A stretch of 58,463 nt of DNA from a virus. Taxonomy: Duplodnaviria; Caudoviricetes. Numbering within the stretch: position 1 is the first letter of the stretch; the number at the start of each line of letters is the position of its first letter. The stretch covers positions 1 through 58,463 of IMG/VR virus record IMGVR_UViG_3300011400_000098; one strand, 5' to 3'. Below are positions 26,811-36,062 of this stretch, piece after piece. The position numbers were made by a program, and so were the translations under genes. The notes below the pieces were generated by a model, which saw only the letters and a program-made list of their open reading frames with translations, was not told the DNA's origin and did no database searches.

Positions 26811-26839
26811 ATTATACCATACTGACAGGGCGGTGTCAA
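26811..26839 (-). promoter_or_regulatory. Promoter TTGACA-ccgccctgtcagtatgg-TATAAT
   Basis: Perfect -35/-10, 17-bp spacer nearly identical to two other promoters. Confidence 0.85.
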
Positions 26840-26875
26840 GTCTTAAGACCCAACCCCAGGGAAGCCAGGCTACAG

Positions 26876-27694
26876 CTACCGGCCTGGCTTCGCGTGTTTG
26901 GCGGTGGGCCACGATTGCTGCCCCCGCATGGTATCAAGTACAGACGCCAAGCTAGGATTGTAGATTTCCAGTGGGATTTGCTTGGCGTACTCGTCGTCCG
27001 GGTCGATCTGAAACTTAGATTGCTGCACCGTCTCCACTGGCCTGAGGTCAAACAGTCGAGTGTAGGGCGGCTCGTCGCTGACCTGATACACGCGCCCTAA
27101 GAAGTTCACCAGCGTCGGGACGTGTGATTGCAGAGCCTTGTTGAACGCGACTTCGCTCCGCGTGACTTCCCTATTGCGGATCGTGCGCTGCTCAGGCGTC
27201 TCCTGAAACACGAAGATGACGTTGAGCTTTGGCCCAACCTGTGCGAGGTCGATCCAGTTACGCACGAGCTGAACCACGTCTGACGTTGTGGCTGCGTGCT
27301 TCGTCCAATCCACAGCGCCTACAGGACCGTAACGGTCACGCAGAGCTATCGACCACATCTCCGTCACGTTGTCGAGGATGACGGTCTTGAATGGCATCTC
27401 CCTGTCTTTGAGCAAGTCCTGCCTGACCTTCTCGACATCACCGAATCTGGCGATGGGCAGCACCTGGATGCGCTCGGCGTACGAGGCGATCACATGAGGG
27501 TTCCCGCGTGCGTCCAGGTACAGAGCGGGTGTGCCGTAGTCGGAGTTTGTGATCGTAGCAGCGAGCGTGGTTTTTCCCACTCCACCGGGTCCGTAGATAC
27601 CGAGCGTCAAGCCACGATCTTCTCTCGTCGTACTCACAGGCTTAGTTTCGATCCCGCCGTACTTGCGTGCGTTGGCTGGCGTCAGTACGACCAT
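26876..27694 (-). CDS. AAA ATPase, Sak4-like recombination protein
   Basis: GIYGPGGVGKTT, TVILDNVTE; between exonuclease and SSB. Confidence 0.8.
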   Translation of the reverse strand: MVVLTPANARKYGGIETKPVSTTREDRGLTLGIYGPGGVGKTTLAATITNSDYGTPALYLDARGNPHVIASYAERIQVLPIARFGDVEKVRQDLLKDREMPFKTVILDNVTEMWSIALRDRYGPVGAVDWTKHAATTSDVVQLVRNWIDLAQVGPKLNVIFVFQETPEQRTIRNREVTRSEVAFNKALQSHVPTLVNFLGRVYQVSDEPPYTRLFDLRPVETVQQSKFQIDPDDEYAKQIPLEIYNPSLASVLDTMRGQQSWPTAKHAKPGR

Positions 27695-28095
27695 TACTTG
27701 ACTGCCCTCACCTTGGGAGTTGTTGTGCGCGGCCGCACAGTCGTGTGGTTGCGTAGGCTAGCCACGCCTTCGTCCACCCATGTCATAGTGAACTTGCGTG
27801 ACGTGTCATTCGCCATGTGTACGAACCCAATCTCTTGGTGCGGTACGTTCGCATCGTGCTTCTCAAGCTGGCACACGAACACAGCTTCCCGTCCTGCCGT
27901 GGTCGCAGGCACGCGCAGCCGTGCACCGCACTTTCTCACGCGAACCTTTTTCCCGAGGAGTGTGTTGGCAGGGAGAGGCAGAGCCTTCGCTGTGCGTTGC
28001 GCCTCGTTGAACGCATCGTTGACTGTGGGGCTAACGGGCATCGCCATCACCATCATCCACATTATCACGAACTGGCGCATCGTCAGACGTGGCAT
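27694..28095 (-). CDS. Hypothetical protein
   Basis: ORF in operon; start uncertain. Confidence 0.45.
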   Translation of the reverse strand: MPRLTMRQFVIMWMMVMAMPVSPTVNDAFNEAQRTAKALPLPANTLLGKKVRVRKCGARLRVPATTAGREAVFVCQLEKHDANVPHQEIGFVHMANDTSRKFTMTWVDEGVASLRNHTTVRPRTTTPKVRAVK

Positions 28096-28378
28096 GGTGG
28101 TTGAGCCTCCACAGCACTTTGTCGTTTAGCTCGTTAGCCAAGCCGATCTTGTCGAACGCTTGCAAGTCTTTCATGTGGAAGCTGTTGGTGTTGGAGAGCC
28201 ACTGCAGCGTGTCGCACATCGCTTGCAGCACGGCGATGAGAGACGCAGGGCCAGTGCCCGGATTGGGCGAGACTTGATGGCTCTCGTGATGCAGTTGCTC
28301 GATCAAGCTGTGCATCTTGTCGAAGTAGTTGAGCAGGGCTAGATTACTCTGTGTCACCGTTTTCCTCGCTATCGTCAT
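28031..28378 (-). CDS. Hypothetical protein
   Basis: ORF overlapping the exonuclease end. Confidence 0.5.
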   Translation of the reverse strand: MTIARKTVTQSNLALLNYFDKMHSLIEQLHHESHQVSPNPGTGPASLIAVLQAMCDTLQWLSNTNSFHMKDLQAFDKIGLANELNDKVLWRLNHHATSDDAPVRDNVDDGDGDAR

Positions 28379-29270
28379 CGCTGTCGTCTGTTCGCTTCGT
28401 GAATTGTGATTGTATAATGCTGTTGGCGTCCTCTCCTCTCGTCATCGCATCGCAGATTTTGCTCACGCGACAGTCCCAACACCCAGTCCATGCGCGATTG
28501 GGGTAAGCGTGGAGCGCAGGATTGATATACGTCATCGCCATGTCGTTGGCTTCGCGAGCTAAGTAAGCTTCGAACTGCTTTAGCTCGTACGGTGTGCGTA
28601 TGAGGATGTATCTGGCGAACAGATCGTTGATCGTGCGACCCTTGGGGATCGCTGCACGCCTCCACATGCCGTCGTATGCAATATAGGGAGTAGCGTCAGA
28701 CAGGCCGAGTTGGGTGAGTAGCCAGATGTACGCGATGAACTGGTCATTGTATTGTAGATCAGCCAGCTTGGGCCTGTTCTTGTAAGTCTTGTGTTCGAGA
28801 ATGTCGTACCGGCCAGTGGGGATGTGTTGGATCAGACCGTCGAGCTTGCCTTCGAGATGGTGCGGTGTGCCTGGAATGGGTACGCGCACCTTTTGCTCGG
28901 GCTTGAATAATCTGTAATCCTCAGGCAGTGGTGAGCGGTACTTGACGTAGTACAGTTCACACATCTGCAACGCCATGTCGATGCTCTCGTGCAGCTCTAG
29001 CATCTCAGGGTCAGAGGGATCGGTGCCCACGGCCTTTCTGTACGTGCCGCGCGTGGCTTCTTGCGCCTCTAGAGAAGCCGTCATGGCGTGATCCATGAGT
29101 GTCTGCGTTGGGTCGATCAGCCAGAGTTGATGGGCGCGATGTACGATGCTGCCCACGTTGAGGCTGAGCGGACTGAAGATAGGCGTGAGGTGTTGGCCGT
29201 TCTTTGATGTAAGAACGGCCTGACGCCTGCACCTGCGAAACACCCCACGCTCAGTGACGGTGACGATCAC
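28344..29270 (-). CDS. Cas4-like / PD-(D/E)XK exonuclease
   Basis: FRRCRRQ, GSIVH, GKLDGL...ILEHKT, QFIAY, C-terminal CWDC...C; GTG at 29270 with GTGA overlap. Confidence 0.85.
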   Translation of the reverse strand: MIVTVTERGVFRRCRRQAVLTSKNGQHLTPIFSPLSLNVGSIVHRAHQLWLIDPTQTLMDHAMTASLEAQEATRGTYRKAVGTDPSDPEMLELHESIDMALQMCELYYVKYRSPLPEDYRLFKPEQKVRVPIPGTPHHLEGKLDGLIQHIPTGRYDILEHKTYKNRPKLADLQYNDQFIAYIWLLTQLGLSDATPYIAYDGMWRRAAIPKGRTINDLFARYILIRTPYELKQFEAYLAREANDMAMTYINPALHAYPNRAWTGCWDCRVSKICDAMTRGEDANSIIQSQFTKRTDDSDDDSEENGDTE

Positions 29271-29470
29271 TTCGGTTCCTCGATGGGTTGCATGATGTGT
29301 TGTAGCTGGTGTGCGAGCATACAGTCTTTGTTGCAGAACACATGCAACATGCGGCCGTACGCGAAGTAGGTACGATGGGTGCGACTGTAGCAGTAAACGC
29401 AGCCGCGCGGTCGTTCTCTGATCGAGAACGCTATGCGTACTGTGCTGATCGCGCCGACACGAACGTTCAT
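29267..29470 (-). CDS. Hypothetical Zn-finger protein
   Basis: CVYC..FCNKDC; overlaps both neighbours. Confidence 0.55.
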   Translation of the reverse strand: MNVRVGAISTVRIAFSIRERPRGCVYCYSRTHRTYFAYGRMLHVFCNKDCMLAHQLQHIMQPIEEPK

Positions 29471-29805
29471 TTGCGTGGGTAACGATTCGCGCCTGTCCTG
29501 GCGTCACGCGGGTCGTTGCGCGGCTTGCCGTACACGAAAGGCATGTCGTCTGAGACGTTCCTAGCGGGCGTCTCGCTGGATTGGATCGCACGCTCGGGGA
29601 CAGCGTGGTATCGCGCTTCTTCAAGGACTTCGATGGCTTTATTCAGCCGTGCCATCTCGGCTATGACAGCACGGTGTTGCGGACTGGTTCTCCCATATCG
29701 TACTTGAAGGCTCGCGCCGTATGCTGCCCTGTGCACACAGGCGGAACGCAGGGCTTCTAGTAGCAGCTCGTAGTCTGGACTTGGTATGTCAATCGTATAT
29801 CGCAT
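29467..29805 (-). CDS. Hypothetical protein
   Basis: Coupled start/stop with neighbours. Confidence 0.55.
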   Translation of the reverse strand: MRYTIDIPSPDYELLLEALRSACVHRAAYGASLQVRYGRTSPQHRAVIAEMARLNKAIEVLEEARYHAVPERAIQSSETPARNVSDDMPFVYGKPRNDPRDARTGANRYPRK

Positions 29806-29982
29806 TAGTGCCAGCGGTTCTCCTTGTCCTCTAATAAATATTGGATTCTGGTTTGATGCTTAAGGAACCATTTGAAGCGTGCATAACAAGATTTACAGAT
29901 CAGGAAGTCGCGTGTTGCGACGAGGGCTGTATGCCGCTCGTCGCAAATCGCGCATTCGTACTTGGGTTTCAAGTTAGGTGCG

Positions 29983-30225
29983 TCACATCTCTCTCTTGAC
30001 GGTGATGGTGAGGTATGTCCATGCGCCGTGTGCGTCGTCAGAGGGGCGGGCTTTGACTTGCACGTTGCCGTCATTGATACGCATTACGACCTGCATTGAC
30101 ACGCCTTTGTACTGTGGACGCGACAAGAACGAGCCAGCCAGTGCATCGGTCACGATCTTGCGTATGTCGGTTGATGAGAGTGAAGGCTTGTGTCCCGGCC
30201 GGTAGGTGTACTCAGTATCGGTCAT
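29983..30225 (-). CDS. Hypothetical protein
   Basis: ATGA overlap with the upstream gene. Confidence 0.55.
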   Translation of the reverse strand: MTDTEYTYRPGHKPSLSSTDIRKIVTDALAGSFLSRPQYKGVSMQVVMRINDGNVQVKARPSDDAHGAWTYLTITVKREM

Positions 30226-30605
30226 GCGCTCTCGCTCTCGCTTTCGTCGATGGTTTCTTGCAGATACTTCTCAAGTCTGTGCAACCCGGCGTAGTCGCCG
30301 TACAGAGTGAAGCTCAGCAGTGCGTGGATTTCGTTGTCTCCGGGCAGGTACCCGAACGCTACAGGATCGACCCTGATGTGTATGCCGACCGTCTCGCAGA
30401 TCAGGCGCATGTCGATCAATGCGTCCCATCCGTGGGTGTCGCGGTCGAACTCTACCAGGATCATCCAGTTGTTGTAAGGTACGTGGATGCGCCCTCGCTT
30501 GCCGCGATGCCCCCCGCAGCTCGCGACAGTACGCATACCTGGCTCTAGGTTAAGTAGCTCAACGGCCAGGCGTATGTTGGGGTCGATGTCTGTGTAGTCG
30601 ATCAT
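30222..30605 (-). CDS. Hypothetical protein with D-x-x-I...N...T-x-x-S-C-x-G-H motif
   Basis: IDPNIRLAVELLNLEPGMRTVASCGGH. Confidence 0.6.
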   Translation of the reverse strand: MIDYTDIDPNIRLAVELLNLEPGMRTVASCGGHRGKRGRIHVPYNNWMILVEFDRDTHGWDALIDMRLICETVGIHIRVDPVAFGYLPGDNEIHALLSFTLYGDYAGLHRLEKYLQETIDESESESA

Positions 30606-30991
30606 GCGGTCTTGCCTCCGTGGCGGTATGGGCGATGTTTGTTGTACTCCAGCTTCTCGGCCAGGACTTTCAGGAACGGCTCAGTCAGGTCGTACCTCCC
30701 TAGTGTGTCGCCAACTCGAATAAGTAGATCGGCCATCTCAGAAAGAAACCCCTCAGGCTTTTCGAGATGGCCGTCGGGGATCAAGACTGTGCGTGCTTGG
30801 TTGTAGTAAGTCTCATCGAGAAGGTGGCCCGAGCGTACTTCTTCAGCCGCCTCGGCTAGCTCAGTCACCATGAGCATGAGCTGTTCCAGGACGGGCCTAT
30901 CTTTGTCCTGCCACCATCCCTTCTCGACTGCAGTTGCGTGCGATTCTTGGATCAGGTCTCGGATCGTGCGGTCAGGGCGTGGGTTCTCCAT
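30602..30991 (-). CDS. MazG-like nucleotide pyrophosphohydrolase
   Basis: ELAEAAEE, SEMADLLIR, KLEYNKHRPYRHGGK. Confidence 0.85.
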   Translation of the reverse strand: MENPRPDRTIRDLIQESHATAVEKGWWQDKDRPVLEQLMLMVTELAEAAEEVRSGHLLDETYYNQARTVLIPDGHLEKPEGFLSEMADLLIRVGDTLGRYDLTEPFLKVLAEKLEYNKHRPYRHGGKTA

Positions 30992-30997
30992 GTCTAT

Positions 30998-31026
30998 AGT
31001 ATACCATACTGCCGGGGCGGTGTCAA
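30998..31026 (-). promoter_or_regulatory. Promoter TTGACA-ccgccccggcagtatgg-TATACT (likely leaderless mRNA)
   Basis: -10 box lies 6 nt from the ATG at 30991. Confidence 0.85.
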
Positions 31027-31062
31027 GTGTTAAAGGTAATCCCAGGATTGTCAGGGGCCTTA

Positions 31063-31356
31063 CTAGGGGCGTATGCCCATGATCCGGTTGAACTGTTCGA
31101 CAGCAGACTCACCGCGCCTACGCTTTTTGGAGCGCGTTTCGCCTACAAGTCTGTTGTGGTGTGCGCCCTCATGGCAGGGTTTGCACAGTGCTGCGACTAC
31201 GAGGGCGTTACGTCCTGTGTAGCCGCTTGGATGGTGATACTCTTTGGCTCGCACTTTGCATACTTCACACGGTAAGCTGGTCGGGGCAGGTATTTGCCCC
31301 GACTTGATTGCTTGTGCTACGAGTGCGTATGCGCGTTGTTGCGATTTGGAAGGCAT
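31063..31356 (-). CDS. HNH-like Zn-finger protein
   Basis: CEVC...YHH...LCKPCH. Confidence 0.65.
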   Translation of the reverse strand: MPSKSQQRAYALVAQAIKSGQIPAPTSLPCEVCKVRAKEYHHPSGYTGRNALVVAALCKPCHEGAHHNRLVGETRSKKRRRGESAVEQFNRIMGIRP

Positions 31357-32759
31357 TACAACAGAGCCTCGCGCAGTACGGTCATGGCGTTGCCGTCGAT
31401 GCGAGAGCGTGCGGTGTCGTGAACCACGGCGTCCACAGTCTGCTTGTAGCGCACCCAGTACACCACGACGGGTGTGCTCTCGCCCTCAGATGTACGATGA
31501 CGAATTACTCTCGACATCGACTGGTATTGCTGACCTGGAACGTACGTTTCTTCGACGTACACGACTGTGCGAAAGTCGGACAGGTCAACGCCTTCGGACA
31601 AGCTCTCCATCGTGGCTACACGCACGCGCTGGCCCTCTGCACCTCGCGCCAGATCGCGGCGATCCTCAGGCTTAAGAGCGCCTGTGATTTCGGCTGCGTC
31701 GAGAGCTTTCGCCACGATTTGTGCGGTCGCGCGATACCAGCAGAACACGATCACAGGCTCGTCACCGGGCGTATCGTCGATGATCTGCTTGACCGCCTCG
31801 ATCTTCTCTTTGGTGACGGTGAGCTGCCTGAGAGCGTGGAGGACGGCCCCAGCGTTGAAGTAGTTTTTGGCCTCGCCAGTCTCGTCGTTCTCCAGTTCCA
31901 GACGATAGTAGTCACGCAACATGTCGTACCGCTTGCGTGCTTCAGGTTCGAGGGTCAGGACCACCTGCTTGTCGATGCGCTGTGGCAGTTCCAGTCCCAC
32001 GTCTTTGTACGTTCTTGCGAGCATGAACTCTTGCGTGTCGCGTTCGAGCTTGGCAGGTGATTTCGCACGCACGATCTTCGTCCCGTAGCGAGACTGGTCG
32101 GTCACCGCGTACGTTTCAAGGAAGCTCCAGTAGCTGCCCCACTTGGCGCTGTCCAAGACGTGCAGGAGATGGTAGATGTCACCAACGTCCTTGAAGATCG
32201 GCGTCGCAGTCAGGCCGAACACGTTGGGTGTGCGCGCTGCAAGACGCTTGAAGCCGATGCTGCGCTTGGCCTCGCGGTTCCTAAAATGGTGCATCTCGTC
32301 TGCGATGACGGTCTGCACGTCGGGCAGAAAGAACGTACGCAGCGCGTCGTGGTTGACGATCAAGACTTTCTCGTCGTTGGTGTCTGCCTTGAACGTTTCC
32401 ATCGCTTCGTGGCGCTTGATGACATCGCCATACGCAGCAACGTGAACGCTCCACGTCGGGTACTGATCTTCGATGAACTCAGCCCACTGGCCTACGAGAG
32501 ATAGTGGGCAGGTGATAGCCGCAGGCAGCGTAGCGGCCTCTAGAGCCTGGAACGTCTTACCCAAGCCCGGTGCATCGCCTAGGATCGCCTTCTTGTGCTC
32601 TCGCAGGTACGTCACGCCATTGATCTGGTATGGACGCAATCGCAGAGAACGTGCTTTCGTTGGGATCAGCGTGATGTTGCTGGTGTCGTCACGAATCTCT
32701 CGCAGAGCTGCTGCGAGCTTTCCTCGTGAACGGAACTGGTCTAGGATCGAAGCGGGCAT
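31356..32759 (-). CDS. SNF2-family helicase
   Basis: LRPYQ, DAPGLGKT, DEMH, LTATP, SEGVDL, QSMSRVIR. Confidence 0.9.
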   Translation of the reverse strand: MPASILDQFRSRGKLAAALREIRDDTSNITLIPTKARSLRLRPYQINGVTYLREHKKAILGDAPGLGKTFQALEAATLPAAITCPLSLVGQWAEFIEDQYPTWSVHVAAYGDVIKRHEAMETFKADTNDEKVLIVNHDALRTFFLPDVQTVIADEMHHFRNREAKRSIGFKRLAARTPNVFGLTATPIFKDVGDIYHLLHVLDSAKWGSYWSFLETYAVTDQSRYGTKIVRAKSPAKLERDTQEFMLARTYKDVGLELPQRIDKQVVLTLEPEARKRYDMLRDYYRLELENDETGEAKNYFNAGAVLHALRQLTVTKEKIEAVKQIIDDTPGDEPVIVFCWYRATAQIVAKALDAAEITGALKPEDRRDLARGAEGQRVRVATMESLSEGVDLSDFRTVVYVEETYVPGQQYQSMSRVIRHRTSEGESTPVVVYWVRYKQTVDAVVHDTARSRIDGNAMTVLREALL

Positions 32760-32760
32760 T

Positions 32761-32871
32761 TCAGTTGCGGTTCCTCCTGCTCCAGTCGTATAGGATAGCC
32801 ATGATGAGCATTACTGCGAACACCAACAACACATGTGACGCAGCAAGCACATCAAACCCATTATCAGTCAT
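32761..32871 (-). CDS. 36-aa single-pass membrane protein (not in ORF track)
   Basis: MTDNGFDVLAASHVLLVFAVMLIMAILYDWSRRNRN; RBS GGAG; promoter upstream. Confidence 0.55.
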   Translation of the reverse strand: MTDNGFDVLAASHVLLVFAVMLIMAILYDWSRRNRN

Positions 32872-32891
32872 GAGATGGCTTCTCCATTTAG

Positions 32892-32920
32892 ATTATACAT
32901 TAAGATCTTACAATTGTCAA
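32892..32920 (-). promoter_or_regulatory. Sigma70-type promoter
   Basis: TTGACA-N17-TATAAT. Confidence 0.8.
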
Positions 32921-32967
32921 GTCTGAGTTTTGTGGCGGGCGCTTGGTCTGTGAGCCCGCCGACTTTG

Positions 32968-33390
32968 TTAGTTAGACTTGTGAAGCGTGACGCTGACCGG
33001 GTAGCTGTTGGAGCGAACGCCGGTGTTGCAAGGCTTGTTCTGGTAGTCGAACAAGTGGAGAAACACAGGTGAGATTACGAATGCGACCTCGCCGTGCTTC
33101 GAGCCAGGTGTGTGAATGAACCTGAACTCTTTGGTGGAGAAGTCAGCAACCACCTCGTCACCGCAACGCGGGCACACCCACTTGATGACCATGCGTGTGA
33201 ACTTCGTACGTATGAGCTGGGTTTCGGTGTACTGCTTCTTGAGAGTGTCGATGATCGGCGCGTGGTCAGGTTCAGGCAGCCAGTCGCCAGGTATGGGACG
33301 CTCGCGCAACACTGATCCGAGCGGCATATGCTGGAGTAGCGAGGCGGTGGACATGGTGGCGTGTACTTCGACTTGAGGTTTGCGTGGCAC
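32968..33390 (-). CDS. Hypothetical protein
   Basis: CPRCG motif; GTG start inferred. Confidence 0.5.
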   Translation of the reverse strand: MPRKPQVEVHATMSTASLLQHMPLGSVLRERPIPGDWLPEPDHAPIIDTLKKQYTETQLIRTKFTRMVIKWVCPRCGDEVVADFSTKEFRFIHTPGSKHGEVAFVISPVFLHLFDYQNKPCNTGVRSNSYPVSVTLHKSN

Positions 33391-33527
33391 GGTACTTCTT
33401 TCTAGATGTAAAGTCGGGTAAAAGTTAAGTAAGATTTTTGTATTTTTCAGGCGGGCGCACAGCCGGAAGGGAGGGCGTAGCCCGGGCATTGTGAGCGCCG
33501 CGGGCTACGTTGTGCGAGAGGCCAGGC

Positions 33528-33734
33528 CTAGCTGGCGGGCGAAGCGGCCTCGATGGGGATGGGATGGCCTTTCGCGATGGCGTGCAGGAGCGTGTTGAGC
33601 GTTGTGAGGTTGTCACGGACGGGGCCGGTTGGCGTGCCCGCGATCACCAGATCAAGCTCAGGCAGAACCTTGTGCTTGAGCCGATGCATCGCATCTGCAG
33701 CGGCCTTGGCGCGGAGTGCGTCGATGTCGGACAT
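33528..33734 (-). CDS. Hypothetical protein
   Basis: TAATG coupling with the upstream gene. Confidence 0.6.
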   Translation of the reverse strand: MSDIDALRAKAAADAMHRLKHKVLPELDLVIAGTPTGPVRDNLTTLNTLLHAIAKGHPIPIEAASPAS

Positions 33735-34018
33735 TAGTCAGCGATGTCCAAGACTACGTTCTCGTCGATCAGCTCCGCGTCAGCCTCGTCCAGGCCTTCC
33801 CACTCGCCCGAGGCGATGTAGGCAGTCATGGCCTTGTCGAGATGCTCGTTGAAGAACTCTGCGAGCTTCTCAGCGATTGTTTCTTGATCTTCGTCGTCCA
33901 CGACGGGGGCGACCATGACCTTCACCATGAAGCTCGTCACCAGGACAGTCGCCTGCAGCTCCTCAGGCAGGTCCTCACCACCGTTCTCGGGATTGGGATT
34001 GCTCGTGCTGGATACCAT
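33734..34018 (-). CDS. Acidic hypothetical protein
   Basis: RBS GAAAGG; very D/E rich. Confidence 0.65.
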   Translation of the reverse strand: MVSSTSNPNPENGGEDLPEELQATVLVTSFMVKVMVAPVVDDEDQETIAEKLAEFFNEHLDKAMTAYIASGEWEGLDEADAELIDENVVLDIAD

Positions 34019-34036
34019 TGTAGTGCCTTTCTTGTG

Positions 34037-34717
34037 TCAGTCGTAGACTTTGGCATAAATGCCAGTGGACACGCGGGTAGCCTCACCGATCTTGACCAGG
34101 TTGCTCAGTATGCTCGACACGTTCTGCAGCATGCGCTTGGGGTTTGTTCCTAGGATTGAGGCTAGCTCATCACCGAGGTCTTTGCAGCGCACCTGCGGAT
34201 TGTCTGCGAGCTTCCCACGCACCCAGTCGAATTGGGTCTGGTTGCCAGGCAGCTTGTGTGGCTTGCCCTGCTTGCGCTTGGTTGGCGCGAGCGGGGCGTT
34301 GGGCAACAGTTCCACATCGAGTACGCTCACGACTTCGAGTGCCTTCTCTATTGTGGCGCGCTGTGCGGTGAGCGTCTGTACGTGGGTGTCGGATTGCTCT
34401 GCTAGAGCCATGTAGCGGTCGCGTTCCTCCTTGTGTTTGACGATCTGATCGCCGAGGTGGGCGAGGAGCCTGGTTGACGCCTCACCGAACATGTCTACTG
34501 CGCCGGCATTGCCTGACTGGCTGATGAACATACGCCAGTGGTCGGCATTGTGAATGAGTGTGGTGTAGCCAGTCTCGTTGTCCTGAACTTCGACCACGGC
34601 CTCGGTGTCGTGTGCTACCATTACTCGCTTGACTGAGTATGGCGCGTGCGATTTGTCGATAGTGGCGGCCAGGCAGGTCGCCTCATCGGAGGTCATGTGT
34701 GTGCGTGTGAGAGCCAT
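34037..34717 (-). CDS. Hypothetical protein with probable C-terminal winged HTH
   Basis: Coiled coil, then DLGDELASIL...VSSILSNLVKIGEATRVSTGIY. Confidence 0.65.
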   Translation of the reverse strand: MALTRTHMTSDEATCLAATIDKSHAPYSVKRVMVAHDTEAVVEVQDNETGYTTLIHNADHWRMFISQSGNAGAVDMFGEASTRLLAHLGDQIVKHKEERDRYMALAEQSDTHVQTLTAQRATIEKALEVVSVLDVELLPNAPLAPTKRKQGKPHKLPGNQTQFDWVRGKLADNPQVRCKDLGDELASILGTNPKRMLQNVSSILSNLVKIGEATRVSTGIYAKVYD

Positions 34718-34821
34718 TTCTCGGATGCTGTCCCTTCGGTATATTGATAGAAGTTAAGGTTTAGTTTGTGGTTTAGTAGGGGGTGGGGCCTGTGGTTAGC
34801 AGGCCCCGGATGGTCGTACGA

Positions 34822-35349
34822 CTAGGCGGAGGGGTTGTTGCGCTTGGCGGCTCGCAGCTCGCGACGACGTGCGCGCTGTGCCTCCTTGCGCTCGTCGGGT
34901 GTGGCGTACTGCGAGCGGTTGATGGGCTTGCGCGGAGTGGGCAGGAGTGTGATGTTGGAGGGCGTAGTTGCTTGTGCTTGCGCGGTGCGGTGCTCGTCCA
35001 GGAGCCGACGGATCATCTCGTTGCGTGCCTTGCGCTGCTCGCGCTTGGCGGCCTCCCTAGCGAGCTGCGCGTGCGACTTGGCGGGCGGTACGAGGATGTC
35101 GAGCTTGAGCTGATCGTGGTCGAGGGCGAAGTCCAGGTCTTTGTCCTCGGCGCACTCGATACTGGCGCACCAGTTCGTGAACCCGTCCTGGATGTCCTCG
35201 TTGAGCTGCCCTTGCATGTAGGACTTGACCAGTTCCTCGACCTGGCTCGCGGCTTGTGGCGTCGCGTCGAGGGACAGGTTGAACGTGATCGTGACGGTGG
35301 TTGAGTAGATCGGTTCGTGCGTCGGTTCCGGCGGGAGTGTGTCGTGCAT
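34822..35349 (-). CDS. Hypothetical protein with C-terminal RSQYATPDERKEAQ motif
   Basis: 175-aa ORF with basic C-terminus. Confidence 0.65.
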   Translation of the reverse strand: MHDTLPPEPTHEPIYSTTVTITFNLSLDATPQAASQVEELVKSYMQGQLNEDIQDGFTNWCASIECAEDKDLDFALDHDQLKLDILVPPAKSHAQLAREAAKREQRKARNEMIRRLLDEHRTAQAQATTPSNITLLPTPRKPINRSQYATPDERKEAQRARRRELRAAKRNNPSA

Positions 35350-35407
35350 GGGCGGTTCGGTCTTTCTGTGCGTTTTTGGGAGTTATGAGTTAGATTTGCT
35401 GCGGGCC

Positions 35408-35429
35408 GACATTTACGTTTGCAAAAGTC
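35408..35429. repeat. 22-bp palindrome copy 4 (GACATTTAC-GTTT-GCAAAAGTC)
   Basis: Intergenic; flanks GGGCC/GGCCC extend the inverted repeat. Confidence 0.85.
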
Positions 35430-35439
35430 GGCCCCCTGG

Positions 35440-35682
35440 TTACTTGTTGGGCAGGACACCTGTGCCGCGAATGTTCACGTAGTTATTGGTACGCATCTCT
35501 GCGGCTGTGTCGTGGAAGCAATCGACGCACAGGTTGAGCACGACGTCTGCTTCGGTGATGGGATAGAACGGATTGCTGTTGCGCTCGGCGTTGAGGCCGA
35601 TGATAGGTTTGCCAGGGTTGTGGGCGTACAGCGCCATGATTGCTCGGGCGCCGCACACCTCACAGTTAGTCTGCGGCATCAA
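35440..35682 (-). CDS. Hypothetical Zn-binding protein
   Basis: CEVC..LCVDC. Confidence 0.55.
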   Translation of the reverse strand: MMPQTNCEVCGARAIMALYAHNPGKPIIGLNAERNSNPFYPITEADVVLNLCVDCFHDTAAEMRTNNYVNIRGTGVLPNK

Positions 35683-35980
35683 TGACGACGAGTGCGCCGG
35701 ACAGCACCTCGTTCCCGACCTCGTTGAGCTTGCCCGCCTGGTAGCCGACAGCGTGTGCGACCGCGTAGCGAGTGAAGTAGGGTAGGTTGTGCTTGTCGGC
35801 GTAGGGCCCGCCCTTGCTGTCGGCGTTGAGGATCATGCACAGGACCGCCCGCTGGTCGTCTGTGAACACAAGGCCTTCGAGTGATCTGGTGTCGCCCTTG
35901 CCTTTGTGCGCTTCGAGCTTCGCTTTGATGAACTCGTTGCGCTCGGTGTCTGACTTGTATGTGCGTCTTGGTTGTGACAT
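35666..35980 (-). CDS. Hypothetical protein
   Basis: RBS GGAGG, promoter directly upstream. Confidence 0.7.
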   Translation of the reverse strand: MSQPRRTYKSDTERNEFIKAKLEAHKGKGDTRSLEGLVFTDDQRAVLCMILNADSKGGPYADKHNLPYFTRYAVAHAVGYQAGKLNEVGNEVLSGALVVIDAAD

Positions 35981-35995
35981 ACTACCTCCACCTCT

Positions 35996-36024
35996 AGTAT
36001 ACCATACTGCCAGGGCGGTGTCAA
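35996..36024 (-). promoter_or_regulatory. Promoter TTGACA-ccgccctggcagtatgg-TATACT
   Basis: Third copy of the conserved promoter. Confidence 0.85.
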
Positions 36025-36062
36025 GCCTGCAGTATGTGAGCCAGGAAAGCCAGGTTTCAGCA

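Noticed and set aside
28344-29270. CRISPR-Cas system suggested by the Cas4-like gene
   Set aside because: No repeat-spacer array or other cas genes; the context is the exonuclease/Sak4/SSB recombination module.
29271-29624. N-terminal extension of the exonuclease ORF
   Set aside because: Overlaps two coupled genes; the nuclease-like sequence starts at GTG 29270.
33405-33426. Ninth copy of the 22-bp palindrome
   Set aside because: Only direct half-site-like sequences (GTAAAGTC, GTAAAAGTT); not the inverted arrangement.
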